Below are positions 18,529-27,964 of a stretch of DNA of 64,000 nt, piece after piece. Location of the stretch: contig JBKJLI010000003.1 of assembly GCA_046597065.1 (NCBI GenBank), forward strand, positions 72,219 through 136,218. The letters run 5' to 3'. Within the stretch, counting starts at the first letter, position 1. Each line of letters begins with the position of its first letter. This DNA is from Candidatus Saccharimonadia bacterium (GTDB taxonomy: Bacteria > Patescibacteriota > Saccharimonadia > UBA4664 > SCTI01). Position numbers and translations under genes: made by a program. The notes beneath the pieces were generated by a model. That model was not told the DNA's origin and searched no databases. It saw nothing but the letters and a program-made list of their open reading frames with translations.

Positions 18529-19574
18529 TGAGACCGGCCAATAACGACGAACTAGCTAACTGGGATCAGCTGATTGCGGATAATCCAGACGGCGGCAACG
18601 TTTTGCAGCTGAAAGCCTTTGGCCAAACCAAGGCTCGTCACGGTTGGCACTCTCGCTTCTTTATTCAAGAGTCCGGTAATCAGAAATTAGCAGTTCTGGC
18701 GCTGGCTCGAACAATTCAATTGCTTGGTGAGTTCTGGTATTTACCTAAAGGTCCGGGTGTCGCCGACGCTATTAACTTAAATGCATTTTTAAATGATGTG
18801 CGTAAGCTTGATCAGCCACCATTCGCGGTTCGCATGGACCCAGAGCTAACACAGCGCCAACTAACAACGTCTGCCGCCACTAAGCTGGGTTTGGTTAAAT
18901 CTCCACGCGATATCCAGTACAACGTCAACACCGTGATCGTTGATCTGGCCCCCAGCGAAGATGACATGCTGGCCTCGTTTAAGCAAAAAACTCGATACAA
19001 CGTGCGGCTGGCTGCTAAAAAGGGGGTGGAGGTTAAGGCGGTGTCTACCAATCAGCAAACCATCGACACCATGTACCAGCTTTATGCCACCACCACCAAG
19101 CGCGCCAATGTCTACTTAAGGTCCAAGAGTTATTTTAGTGACTTTTGGCAGCTGCATTCAGATAGTTCTACCGGTCAACAGTTTTTTGCTAGCTACCAAG
19201 GCCAGGTATTAGCCGGGGCCTACGTGACTTTTGTTGGTAATAAAGCGCTGTATAAAGATGGTGGATCAATTCGTGAACACACCGAACTGCAGGCGCCATA
19301 TGCTTTGCAGTGGGAGATTATGCGTTGGCTAAAAGCCAAAGGCATTACCGAGTACGATCTACACGGCACCCCACCGGCTGCACGGGCTGATGACCGCACT
19401 CACCCGTTGGCCGGTTTGGCGCGCTTTAAAACCGGCTTTAACCAGCAAATCACCGAGTTTGCAGGTACTTATGACCTGCCCATCGATCAAGCAAAATACC
19501 AGCGCTGGGTTCAATTTGGCGAGCGTTTAGCAACCGGTTATCAGTCGCGAATACGCGGACGCCTGTTTTATTAG
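18528..19574 (+). CDS. FemAB-family aminoacyltransferase, paralog 2
   Basis: GTG start overlapping the upstream stop. Clear similarity to paralog 1 (KAKGITEYDLHGTPPA...HPLAGLARFKTGF versus KAAGLKEFDLWGVAPS...HPWAGLTSFKKGF). Confidence 0.6.
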   Translation: MRPANNDELANWDQLIADNPDGGNVLQLKAFGQTKARHGWHSRFFIQESGNQKLAVLALARTIQLLGEFWYLPKGPGVADAINLNAFLNDVRKLDQPPFAVRMDPELTQRQLTTSAATKLGLVKSPRDIQYNVNTVIVDLAPSEDDMLASFKQKTRYNVRLAAKKGVEVKAVSTNQQTIDTMYQLYATTTKRANVYLRSKSYFSDFWQLHSDSSTGQQFFASYQGQVLAGAYVTFVGNKALYKDGGSIREHTELQAPYALQWEIMRWLKAKGITEYDLHGTPPAARADDRTHPLAGLARFKTGFNQQITEFAGTYDLPIDQAKYQRWVQFGERLATGYQSRIRGRLFY

Positions 19575-19606
19575 AGTTCGACCCATCGCCTTGATTAAGC
19601 TATTCT

Positions 19607-20920
19607 GTGGTCATGCTTCGTAAAGTCGTAAAATTCTTCATTCGTGGGCCAATATTTGAGGCAATCGAACCCTTTGGTCACAAGTGTGAAACCATTTTAG
19701 CCCAGCTGGTTTACGGCTTTCCGGCTCGTGGAATAACCATTATTGGCGTTACCGGAACAGATGGAAAAACCACCACCACCACACTTATTTGGAACATGCT
19801 AAAAGACGCCGGTATTAAAGCCGGTTATATGACAACCATTGGCTATGGCAGCCACAAGCAGCAGTTTTCTAACCAAGTGCATATGACCACGATGCCGGCG
19901 TTTCCAATGCTACGGCGGATTAAACAGTTGCGTGCGGCCGGGGTTGATACTTTAGTGCTAGAAACAACCAGTCATGCCCTGGCTCAAAACCGGGTTTGGG
20001 GAATCCCTTATAGCATTGCGGTAATGACCAATGTTGGTCATGAACACTTGGATTACCATCGCACTTTTGAACGTTATCGAGACGCCAAGCGCCGGTTATT
20101 TCAGCTTGCCTGCCGTAACCGCAGTGGTTTGCAAACCGGTATTATCAATGCCGAAGATCCCAGTGCCAAGCTGTTTATCGGCGACGTACCACATCCGTTG
20201 ACATATGGCGTAAATGACGGCGATATCCGGGCCGAACAAGCAAAAACCACCCCAACGGGCAGCCATTACGTAGTCCGTAGAGGTGATCAGTCATTACATA
20301 TCAACGTAAACATTCCCGGCAGCTTTAATGTTTACAACTCACTGGCTGCGGTAGGGGTAGGCTATGCCTTAAAACTCACCAACCAACAAATCGAAAAAGG
20401 GATCGATTCGCTGCAGTCGGTTGAGGGCCGCATGACCAATGTTGATCTTGGCCAAAACTTTAATGTAGTTGTCGATTTTGCCCACACACCAGATAGCTTT
20501 GAAAAGCTGTTAAGTGACATGCATCGCCAAATTGCCAAACCGGCGCGGTTGATTGTGGTGTTTGGTTCTGCCGGTCGACGCGATGAGGCCAAACGTGGCA
20601 TTCAAGGTGGCATTGCCGGAAAGTACGCCGATATTATTATTGCGACCGAAGAAGATGACCGTGATATTGATGGCAATCTTATTTTGAACCAGATTGCTGA
20701 GGGGGCAGAGTCATCCGGCAAAACTCGCGGCAAAGATCTTTTTCTAATCCTTAATCGTATCGAGGCAATCAACTTTGCGATGGCTCAGGCTAAGCCCGGT
20801 GATACCGTGATGCTGTTAGGTAAAGGGCACGAAAAAACCATCGAGCGGGCCGACGGCGAGCACCCTTGGGACGAAGTTGGTGAGGCCAAAGCGGCCATTC
20901 AATCTGTTCAAAAAAAGTAA
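19607..20920 (+). CDS. murE: Mur ligase family protein, MurE-like (peptidoglycan stem-peptide ligase) with a short N-terminal domain
   Basis: P-loop GVTGTDGKTTTT. Central motif LETTSHALAQNRV...MTNVGHEHLDYH. DFAHTPDSFEKLL and a C-terminal LLGKGHEKTIE typical of MurE/MurF. The P-loop sits at residue about 48, so the UDP-binding N-domain is reduced. Confidence 0.6.
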   Translation: MVMLRKVVKFFIRGPIFEAIEPFGHKCETILAQLVYGFPARGITIIGVTGTDGKTTTTTLIWNMLKDAGIKAGYMTTIGYGSHKQQFSNQVHMTTMPAFPMLRRIKQLRAAGVDTLVLETTSHALAQNRVWGIPYSIAVMTNVGHEHLDYHRTFERYRDAKRRLFQLACRNRSGLQTGIINAEDPSAKLFIGDVPHPLTYGVNDGDIRAEQAKTTPTGSHYVVRRGDQSLHINVNIPGSFNVYNSLAAVGVGYALKLTNQQIEKGIDSLQSVEGRMTNVDLGQNFNVVVDFAHTPDSFEKLLSDMHRQIAKPARLIVVFGSAGRRDEAKRGIQGGIAGKYADIIIATEEDDRDIDGNLILNQIAEGAESSGKTRGKDLFLILNRIEAINFAMAQAKPGDTVMLLGKGHEKTIERADGEHPWDEVGEAKAAIQSVQKK

Positions 20921-21037
20921 TATTCATAGCACATACGTAAGCTATCAGTCTTTACAAACCATAACGATTATGGTATAGTCTTTAACCAAGCTGTAAGCCG
21001 TACCTACCCACTTTAAACCTCGACCATCAGGAGCCAC

Positions 21038-21457
21038 ATGCCTGACTATTTTGTCGATAAAGCCCAGCGCTATATGCCGCTAGTGCAGACACTGGCTGGT
21101 CACTACCAGCAACATCTGGTTGTTAACGATGCACTTCAACGCAAGTTGGTGTGGCGATTCACAGCAGCAAACGTTGGCTTAGTACTTGCACTCCAAGTAA
21201 TCAAGCCTCAGCAAGGTGCTTTCATTCTGCTTACTTGCGGCTCGGCCGGCAGTGAGCTAGGTATGAACGAAGGGAGCTTTGCCTACGGCCTGACCGGCGC
21301 CGTTAGTCGCGATTGTGCCAGGTTCAACATTTACCCGCATGCGTTCTACCCAACACTTCGTACTTTGCGCATCGTCCTGATGCAGCATCTAGATATGTAC
21401 TTCGACGGCAGCTTTAAGACTTCGAGTAAAGGACCAAGGAAGCGGCATGCCCGCTAA
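21038..21457 (+). CDS. Hypothetical protein
   Basis: 139-aa ORF with AGGAG 6 nt upstream of the ATG. No recognisable domain. Confidence 0.4.
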   Translation: MPDYFVDKAQRYMPLVQTLAGHYQQHLVVNDALQRKLVWRFTAANVGLVLALQVIKPQQGAFILLTCGSAGSELGMNEGSFAYGLTGAVSRDCARFNIYPHAFYPTLRTLRIVLMQHLDMYFDGSFKTSSKGPRKRHAR

Positions 21458-21482
21458 ACTAGGTTCGGCAGTTCATTACAGC

Positions 21483-21526
21483 AAAAAGCCTCGACTCTGA
21501 AATATGGGTCGAGGCTACTGCTTTTT
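21483..21526. terminator. Bidirectional rho-independent terminator between convergent genes
   Basis: AAAAAGCCTCGAC-N12-GTCGAGGC...CTTTTT. Confidence 0.6.
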
Positions 21527-21539
21527 ACTGCAATTATTA

Positions 21540-22334
21540 CTAGTCGCGCAGTTCAAGAGAGCAGCACTTAACCGCTCCGCCAGCTTTTCGAAACTCGGTC
21601 ATATCGAGTGGAATCACGTTAAATCCACGTTTCCTTAGATCGGCATGAATACCATTGGCTGCTGCACTGACAATCACGTTTTCACCATCGCTAACGGCAT
21701 TTAAGCCGAACCCCGCTGCATCAGCTTCGCTTGCCACGATCCGGTGGGGAAAGTGGTGCTCTAATGCCTGGCGCCCAGCAGCGTCAAAGGCACCCGGAAA
21801 ATACATAAGAGTGTCATTGGTGATCGGCGACATAGCGGTATCCAGGTGGTAAAAGCGCGGGTCTACCAGCTTTAAGCTAACCACATCGCGATTAAAGAAT
21901 CGGGCCATTTCGGGATGGCTAGCTCGGTCGGTTCTAAAACCGTAGCCACCAAAAACTACACCGCCGGCGTAAAGGTTGTCTCCCTCGCCCTCATTATCGT
22001 GTTCGGGCATGTAAATGTCGCTGTAGCCGGCTTGCTCGAACCACTGCTTAAACACCGGCGTTTCTCCGCGCCGCTCCTTATACTTAAACCGTGGCAACAC
22101 CACCTTACCATCGACTACCAGCCCGCCGTTAGCCGTAAAAACCAGATCAGGTAAGCCTTTGGGTTGATCTATGAGCTCAATTTTATAACCCAGTTTTTGG
22201 TAAGTCTCATGCAGGGCATGCCACTGGCGCTTAGCCAGCTCTACATCAACTGGGTTATCAATATGCATCCAGTCGTTAATTTCGTATGTAACCTCAAAAT
22301 GGGTTGGCGGGCACATAAGTATGCGTTTGCTCAT
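21540..22334 (-). CDS. Amidinotransferase/DDAH-superfamily (guanidino-group modifying) enzyme
   Basis: 264 aa. C-terminal GGAVKCCSLELRD with a candidate catalytic Cys. Overall pentein-fold-like pattern. Confidence 0.55.
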   Translation of the reverse strand: MSKRILMCPPTHFEVTYEINDWMHIDNPVDVELAKRQWHALHETYQKLGYKIELIDQPKGLPDLVFTANGGLVVDGKVVLPRFKYKERRGETPVFKQWFEQAGYSDIYMPEHDNEGEGDNLYAGGVVFGGYGFRTDRASHPEMARFFNRDVVSLKLVDPRFYHLDTAMSPITNDTLMYFPGAFDAAGRQALEHHFPHRIVASEADAAGFGLNAVSDGENVIVSAAANGIHADLRKRGFNVIPLDMTEFRKAGGAVKCCSLELRD

Positions 22335-22468
22335 AGTCTGTAGTATACAGTTTTAGCGTAAGCGTGTTGGGAGTAAGTCTTGACTGGCGGTGCCAATAAC
22401 CAGTAACATTATTTAGCAGTCGCACTCTAAGAGTGCCAACTCGTGAGATGTAAACTGGAGGTATTTTA

Positions 22469-22732
22469 ATGAAGCTCGTACCATTAGCCGATCGATTGGT
22501 AGCCAAGCCGCTCGAAGCCCAAGCCAAAACTAGCAGCGGTTTTTACGTGCCAGAAAGTGCTAAAGAAAAGCCCCAAATGGGCGAAGTTGTAGCCGTTGGC
22601 AAAGAAGTTAATGAGATAAAAGTTGGCGACCAAATTGTTTACAGCCAGTACAAGCCCGACAACGTAAAAGTTGATGGTAGTGAACTGATGATTATGAAAG
22701 AAGAAGACGTCCTAGCGGTCGTTAAGCAGTAA
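22469..22732 (+). CDS. groES: Co-chaperonin GroES
   Basis: MKLVPLADRLVAKPLEAQAKTSSGFYVPESAKEKPQMGEVVAVG... Confidence 0.92.
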   Translation: MKLVPLADRLVAKPLEAQAKTSSGFYVPESAKEKPQMGEVVAVGKEVNEIKVGDQIVYSQYKPDNVKVDGSELMIMKEEDVLAVVKQ

Positions 22733-22751
22733 TTAAGGGAGATATACCGAA

Positions 22752-24413
22752 ATGGCAAAGCGAATTATTGCAGATGGTGAGGCTCGAAAGCGAGTGCTAG
22801 AAGGAGCCGAAGAACTTTATAACGCCGTGCGCGTGACAATGGGTCCTAAGGGTAGAAACGTAGTGATTGGTAAAAGTTATGGTGGGCCCAGCGTTACTCA
22901 TGATGGTGTAACCGTGGCCAAGGCGGTTGATGTTGCTCAGAATAAAGACGATGCCACACTGGGACGAGGCGTCGGTGCAGAGCTGGTAAAGCAGGCTGCT
23001 AGTAAAACCGGCGACGAGGTTGGTGATGGTACTACGACCGCCACCGTTCTGACCTACCACATTCTGGCCGAGGCTAACCGCATGATCGAGGCCGGGCACA
23101 ATCCGATGGACTTAAAGAAGGGTCTAGATGAGGCCGCCCAAGAAACCATCGCCAAAATTGATGGTTTAAGCGAAAAGATTGCTGGCAAAAAAGATAAGAT
23201 CGCCCAGGTTGCCACCATTTCGGCTGGCGACCAAGAAATCGGCGAGTTGATCGCCGATGTGATCGAAGCCGTGGGCGAAGAGGGTAGTGTAACCGTAGAA
23301 CAATCACAGACCCTAGGTCTTGAAAAAGAGGTGGTTGAGGGCTTTAAGATTGACCGCGGTTACGTTAGCCCTTACATGGTTACCGATACCGCACGTATGG
23401 AGGCGGTTTATGACAAGCCGGCCATTCTTTTAACCAATAAAAAGATCTCTAGTATTCAAGAGATTCTTCCCGTTCTGGAGCAGTTGGCCCAGGCTGGTAA
23501 AAAAGAGCTGGTAATTGTAGCCGAAGATGTAGAGGGTGAGGCCTTGGCCACCTTAATTCTTAACCGACTTAAGGGAGTGTTTAACGCACTGGCCATTAAG
23601 GCTCCAAGCTTTGGCGATCGCCGCCAAGCCATTTTAGAGGATATTGCCATCCTCACCGGAGCTACCATAATTAGTGAGGATCAAGGCACCAGTTTTGAAA
23701 CTGCCACACTAGATATGCTTGGTAGTGCCCGCAAGATTATCGCCACCAAGGATGAAGCCACAATTATCGAGGGCGGCGGTCAGACCGCCGAGGTCGAGGC
23801 CCGGATTGTCCAAATTAAGGCTCAAATAGAAAACGCTAGTAGCGAGTTCGAAAAAGAGAAGTCAGAAGAGCGATTAGCCGCTCTGGCCGGAAAGGTTGCC
23901 GTTATTAAGGTTGGTGGCGCTACCGAAACCGAGATTGAAGAAAAGAAGTACCGGGTAGATGATGCCGTGGCCGCCACCAAGGCCGCCGTGGCTGAAGGCA
24001 TTGTGCCTGGCGGAGGAGTAACTCTTGTAGATCTTAGTAAAGACATCGATATCCATGCCACCAAGGTTGGAACCAGTGCTGATGCCGGCAAGCTAATTTT
24101 AAAAAACGCTTTGGTACAACCGTTCAAGCAGTTGATGCATAACGCTGGGTTAAACCCCGAGGAAAAGCTGGCCAAGGTTCTAGATGCCGGTACGCCCGGT
24201 TACGGCTTTAACGTCAACAGCCCCGAACGGCTAATCGATCTTAAGGCCGAGGGTGTGGTAGACCCGGCTAAGGTTACGCGCGAGGCCGTTCAAAATGCTG
24301 TTAGTATCGCCGGAACGGCTATGACCATGGGTGCGTTGATCGTTGATATTCCAGAAGACAAACCGTCTGCTACTGGGGGCATGCCGGGTGGTGATATGGG
24401 TGGGATGTACTAG
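22752..24413 (+). CDS. groEL: Chaperonin GroEL
   Basis: 553 aa, including the ATP-binding GDGTTTATVL and C-terminal GGMPGGDMGGMY. Confidence 0.95.
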   Translation: MAKRIIADGEARKRVLEGAEELYNAVRVTMGPKGRNVVIGKSYGGPSVTHDGVTVAKAVDVAQNKDDATLGRGVGAELVKQAASKTGDEVGDGTTTATVLTYHILAEANRMIEAGHNPMDLKKGLDEAAQETIAKIDGLSEKIAGKKDKIAQVATISAGDQEIGELIADVIEAVGEEGSVTVEQSQTLGLEKEVVEGFKIDRGYVSPYMVTDTARMEAVYDKPAILLTNKKISSIQEILPVLEQLAQAGKKELVIVAEDVEGEALATLILNRLKGVFNALAIKAPSFGDRRQAILEDIAILTGATIISEDQGTSFETATLDMLGSARKIIATKDEATIIEGGGQTAEVEARIVQIKAQIENASSEFEKEKSEERLAALAGKVAVIKVGGATETEIEEKKYRVDDAVAATKAAVAEGIVPGGGVTLVDLSKDIDIHATKVGTSADAGKLILKNALVQPFKQLMHNAGLNPEEKLAKVLDAGTPGYGFNVNSPERLIDLKAEGVVDPAKVTREAVQNAVSIAGTAMTMGALIVDIPEDKPSATGGMPGGDMGGMY

Positions 24414-24428
24414 TTCTGTAGAAAGTTG

Positions 24429-24457
24429 TTGACACTACTGACAAAAAGCGGTAGTAT
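24429..24457 (+). promoter_or_regulatory. Sigma70-like promoter (TTGACA-17-TAGTAT) immediately after groEL
   Basis: Consensus -35 hexamer at 24429-24434 and -10 TAGTAT at 24452-24457 with a 17-nt spacer. Confidence 0.55.
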
Positions 24458-24464
24458 TCCTGAC

Positions 24465-25123
24465 TATGAGTTGTGGCCAATGCCAAGGCACTAGTTACGA
24501 CCCAACTTTGACAATCTGCAGAAACCTCACCTATTACAGTCGGCTTCAAACCCACTTTGCGGCCGTCTGTAATAGGTGAGAACGGAGGCATCCAGCTCTT
24601 TATAGGCTCGGCGAAAGCCCGGTTTCATGCACCTGAAGGTCTATCCCCCCGGTTGATAACCATTGGATATGACACAGGCCAGAGAGCTCTCACCTCGGAA
24701 GCGCACGGAGACAGTCCCGCAAGTAATCAAATACTAAACGGGGAACCGTCCCCCATGTGCGCTTCCAAAACTTCAACCCACCCACGCTCAGGAGAAGGTC
24801 CAATGTCGTAGCAACGCAATCCTGCTGAGAACTTACTTAGCAGATCCTGCAACTTCGACTGCATGGGGGTACCATGGAAAGGTCTCGGCCTCCGCCGGTA
24901 GTTTAGCCGCAAGGTCGGCTCCTCAAGCATCCAAAAGTTTTAACTGATCTCAGCCAAGCTCGGGGGGTCCGAGTGCGTTGAGCCGCGAGAGTTCGTTTGA
25001 ATATGCCGACGTTCGGGGGACCGTCGGTGTTGGGTCCAAGGGATTCAAGCGTTCGCTCGCGGCTCCGCCGCTCCACATTTCTGCAGATTGCCATAACCAC
25101 GAGACCCACCCGGGTCTTTTTTG
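24465..25123 (+). ncRNA. Unassigned roughly 650-nt GC-rich structured transcript (promoter to terminator); candidate large non-coding RNA
   Basis: Bounded by a consensus promoter and the terminator AGACCCACCCGGGTCTTTTTT (25102-25123). About 57% GC versus about 48% backbone. Many hairpins (12-bp CACCTATTACAG...CTGTAATAGGTG at 24528-24580; GGCGAAAGCC GNRA hairpin; GCGCAC...GTGCGC). No ORF with coding character in any frame. Confidence 0.4.
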
Positions 25124-25145
25124 ATTTAAAACCATCGATTTTTGT

Positions 25146-25174
25146 TTGACAAATATGACTAAAAAAGTAATATT
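25146..25174 (+). promoter_or_regulatory. Second sigma70-like promoter (TTGACA-16-TAATAT)
   Basis: TTGACA at 25146-25151; TAATAT at 25168-25173. Confidence 0.5.
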
Positions 25175-25341
25175 TAGAACCATACAGTTGTGAGGTTATA
25201 CAAGTTTGTAACTGTTTTACGTTGAAAAGTTAGAAAGCAATCTACTCCGTGAGACTAGCGCCAATGCAGTATTGACGTTATTCCCACGGAGTAGTGTCAG
25301 CTGCTCCGGCAATTTGCTGTTCCCGACAAGGAGAGTGATCC

Positions 25342-25461
25342 ATGACGTTCATCATGCACGACCACGACATCGGCCGCCGCGAGCGGGGCCACAGAACGCT
25401 TTGCATCGACGACGCGCTCACCACCGACACCGCGACGATCACCGGCCTCCCGGCCGGATAG
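25342..25461 (+). CDS. Candidate 39-aa small ORF inside a GC-rich transcript (MTFIMHDHDIGRRERGHRTLCIDDALTTDTATITGLPAG)
   Basis: AAGGAGAG Shine-Dalgarno 7 nt upstream of the ATG. Preceded by a roughly 160-nt structured leader and followed by about 300 nt of GC-rich sequence ending in the terminator at 25758-25789. Not in the ORF track because it is under 60 aa. Confidence 0.3.
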   Translation: MTFIMHDHDIGRRERGHRTLCIDDALTTDTATITGLPAG

Positions 25462-25757
25462 CCGCTCTGCCGGCGACGGCCGCCGCATAGGCGAGCTTGA
25501 CCATCCTGGGAGGCCCGGGGTAGTCAAGACGCCATGTGGCGTTACATAGCTGCCAACATAGTTCTTAACCAAGAACGCTCTGCGGGGCTACCGTGAGATA
25601 AGGCCTTTGGGCTACCGCTTACCTCTGGCTCCCAGCGCACCGAGCGGGTTCGGCCGCGGAACATACTGCAGTTCGCTTGATGTTACCTCTTCCTGGTTAC
25701 CTCTCTTGCAACACGCACTGTTCCGCGGCCACCGCCATGCTTTCTACTTTTTTACGA

Positions 25758-25789
25758 TCGCCCCCTACCAAGGGGGTTTTTGTTTTTTA
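25758..25789 (+). terminator. Rho-independent terminator
   Basis: CGCCCCCTACCAAGGGGGTTTTTGTTTTTT. Confidence 0.7.
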
Positions 25790-25839
25790 TAGCGGTATTT
25801 TTATGCCGTCTTGTACAATAGCCCTTACCAAGGAGCCCA

Positions 25840-26316
25840 ATGCTAGACGACCTCAACTATATTGCCCAGTTTGATAACAGCAACGCCCTGGCTGTAGCTG
25901 GGGGCTTGGCTGAGTCATCAAAAGAATCTGTGTGGTTGGGCCCAAGGATAGGTTTGTTTAAGCTTGCAGTACCCGAGTTAGATAATCCAGCCAAACAGCT
26001 AGCCAAGCAGCTTGTTGGTCATAGAGTGCAAGTTAAATCGGATGATCATTTTAGGGGTGTCGCGGTTGAGTGGAACACTAAGTTTAACCAATGGCGAGTA
26101 CTTAAATGGGCATCGACAAAGACAATTGCCATTACAAGTGGTAGGTCTGATGTCGAATCCGAAACTGTTAATATCGTAGTCGTAATGCCCAAGGGAACCA
26201 TGCAGCAGCAAGCCATTTGGCTAGAGGTTTTGGGCCAATTCGTCTTTGTTTATCTGGCGATATTAAACCAAACCGATCCTTCGGCACCAAAATTTCAACT
26301 TAATGCTATAAAATAA
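25840..26316 (+). CDS. Hypothetical protein
   Basis: 158-aa ORF with AAGGAG upstream. No recognisable motif. Confidence 0.45.
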   Translation: MLDDLNYIAQFDNSNALAVAGGLAESSKESVWLGPRIGLFKLAVPELDNPAKQLAKQLVGHRVQVKSDDHFRGVAVEWNTKFNQWRVLKWASTKTIAITSGRSDVESETVNIVVVMPKGTMQQQAIWLEVLGQFVFVYLAILNQTDPSAPKFQLNAIK

Positions 26317-26715
26317 TTACTTTTTAGATTTTGTATGAGTGAGCTTACCAACATCACCCAAATGGGTGTGGCCAAAGCCGTCGCTGAACTTTAAGCCAAG
26401 GCCAAGGGCGCGATCAAAACCAATATGGGCCAGCCAAACCAAGCCAAAGCTTGCTAACCCAAAAGTTTTATAGCTGAGAATTCCAATGGTGATGCAAAGT
26501 AATGGACCGGCAAGGTTGTGGCCCAGGTTGTAAACCAGCGCACCAATCTTATTGCCTAATAAATAACCCAACAAACTAAGATCGATAGCAATGAACATTA
26601 TAAGGAAGCGAACTACATCACCGCGTAACATAAAATAGAGAGCAGTCATTAGTACAAAGAGTGTGGCAGCTTCAATTCGCTGGAACACGATTGGCTGGGT
26701 TAGATTTTTATTCAT
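26317..26715 (-). CDS. Small polytopic membrane protein (DUF4260-like)
   Basis: 132 aa with 4 predicted TM helices. Confidence 0.45.
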   Translation of the reverse strand: MNKNLTQPIVFQRIEAATLFVLMTALYFMLRGDVVRFLIMFIAIDLSLLGYLLGNKIGALVYNLGHNLAGPLLCITIGILSYKTFGLASFGLVWLAHIGFDRALGLGLKFSDGFGHTHLGDVGKLTHTKSKK

Positions 26716-27964
26716 AACGAAGGGCCTCGATTGGCTTCATTCTAGCAGCTTTTATAGCAGGTGCGATACCAAACACTATGCCGATACCGGCCGATACGGC
26801 AAAAGCCAAAATAATGGTGTTAGCGTCAAACACCGGCGTAATGTGGGCGAACTTGTCGATTCCAAATCCGGCGGCAAAAGCCAAACCGACTCCCAGCAAA
26901 CCGCCCAGCATGGTAAGAACGACCGCCTCGATTAAGAACTGGCTCAGCACCATCAGCGATGTGGCGCCTAGAGCTTTGCGCAACCCAACCTCACGGGTCC
27001 GCTCGGTCACCGATACCAGCATTATGTTCATGATGCCGATACCACCAACCAGTAGTGATATGGCTGCAATACCCGAAATAGCCGTTGTTAGGGCGTTTAA
27101 GATAGTATCAAAGGTCGATAAGATGTCTTTTTGAGTGAGCACTGTAAAATCCTCTTGGCCCCCATGATTTTTCTTAAGATTAACCCTTAACTCATCTACT
27201 AGTGGCTGAACATCGCCTTGAGATTTAGCTTGGGAGGCTATTCGGTAGATTTGTAGGCTGGTGTTTGTAATGCCCGATGCGGTTTTAGTGGGGATAAAAA
27301 CGGCATTGGAAAAGCTACTACTACCTCCACCTAAACTGCTGTTAGACTGATCATTACCCTTAAAGACTCCGATCACCGTAAAATCCTGGCCTCTTACCGA
27401 TACCGTTTTACCCAAGGCATCGGCGTCTTTACCAAACAGCGCGTCGCGAGCATCGGGGCCCAACGCGGCAACATACCCGCCTTGATCGGCTGCTTCTATA
27501 AATCGACCGCTACCAATTTTTTGGTTAGGAAGGGCTTTAGGGTATTCGGGGGTGGTGGCAATAATTAGTGCACCATCGGCTGGCGTGCTGCCTTTAGTAA
27601 CTATTCCGGATATGATCGAGATGGGCGCGGCCTCGGCAATGTGACTGCTGGCTCTAACAGTGGCCACATCCTGTTCGGTGATCGTGGTGGTGCCAATGCT
27701 GGCGGCTGGGTTAAAGCTGCTACCTTGCTTATTGCCACCACTCGAACTGCTACTATTGCTGATTAGCTTGCCAGAGGCTACAAACACAATGTTTGAGCCC
27801 AGGTCTGATACCTGCTCGGTGACAACCTTTTTAAGCCCCAAGCCCAGGCTGTTTATCGAAACTACCGCTGCCACACCAATGATAATTCCAAGCATAGTTA
27901 AGGCGGTTCGTAGTTTGTTGCCGGTGATTGAACGGCCGGCCATTTTGAGGTTTTCCCAAGTCAT
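26708..27964 (-). CDS. ABC transporter permease, MacB/FtsX family
   Basis: N-terminal TM (LRTALTMLGIIIGVAAVVSI), a large periplasmic domain, and a C-terminal FtsX-type 3-TM domain. Confidence 0.8.
   Translation of the reverse strand: MTWENLKMAGRSITGNKLRTALTMLGIIIGVAAVVSINSLGLGLKKVVTEQVSDLGSNIVFVASGKLISNSSSSSGGNKQGSSFNPAASIGTTTITEQDVATVRASSHIAEAAPISIISGIVTKGSTPADGALIIATTPEYPKALPNQKIGSGRFIEAADQGGYVAALGPDARDALFGKDADALGKTVSVRGQDFTVIGVFKGNDQSNSSLGGGSSSFSNAVFIPTKTASGITNTSLQIYRIASQAKSQGDVQPLVDELRVNLKKNHGGQEDFTVLTQKDILSTFDTILNALTTAISGIAAISLLVGGIGIMNIMLVSVTERTREVGLRKALGATSLMVLSQFLIEAVVLTMLGGLLGVGLAFAAGFGIDKFAHITPVFDANTIILAFAVSAGIGIVFGIAPAIKAARMKPIEALRYE

Noticed and set aside
22797-24175. Several minus-strand ORFs inside groEL
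   Set aside because: They are antisense to a highly conserved gene and therefore spurious.
24440-25800. tmRNA or RNase P RNA assignment for the post-groEL transcripts
   Set aside because: I found no tRNA-like T-arm (GGTTCGAnTCC) or 3' CCA for tmRNA. I found no complementary P4 strands at the required spacing, and no GGAAAGUCCGGGC/ACAGAACCCGGCUUA pair, for RNase P. The loci are therefore left unassigned rather than named.
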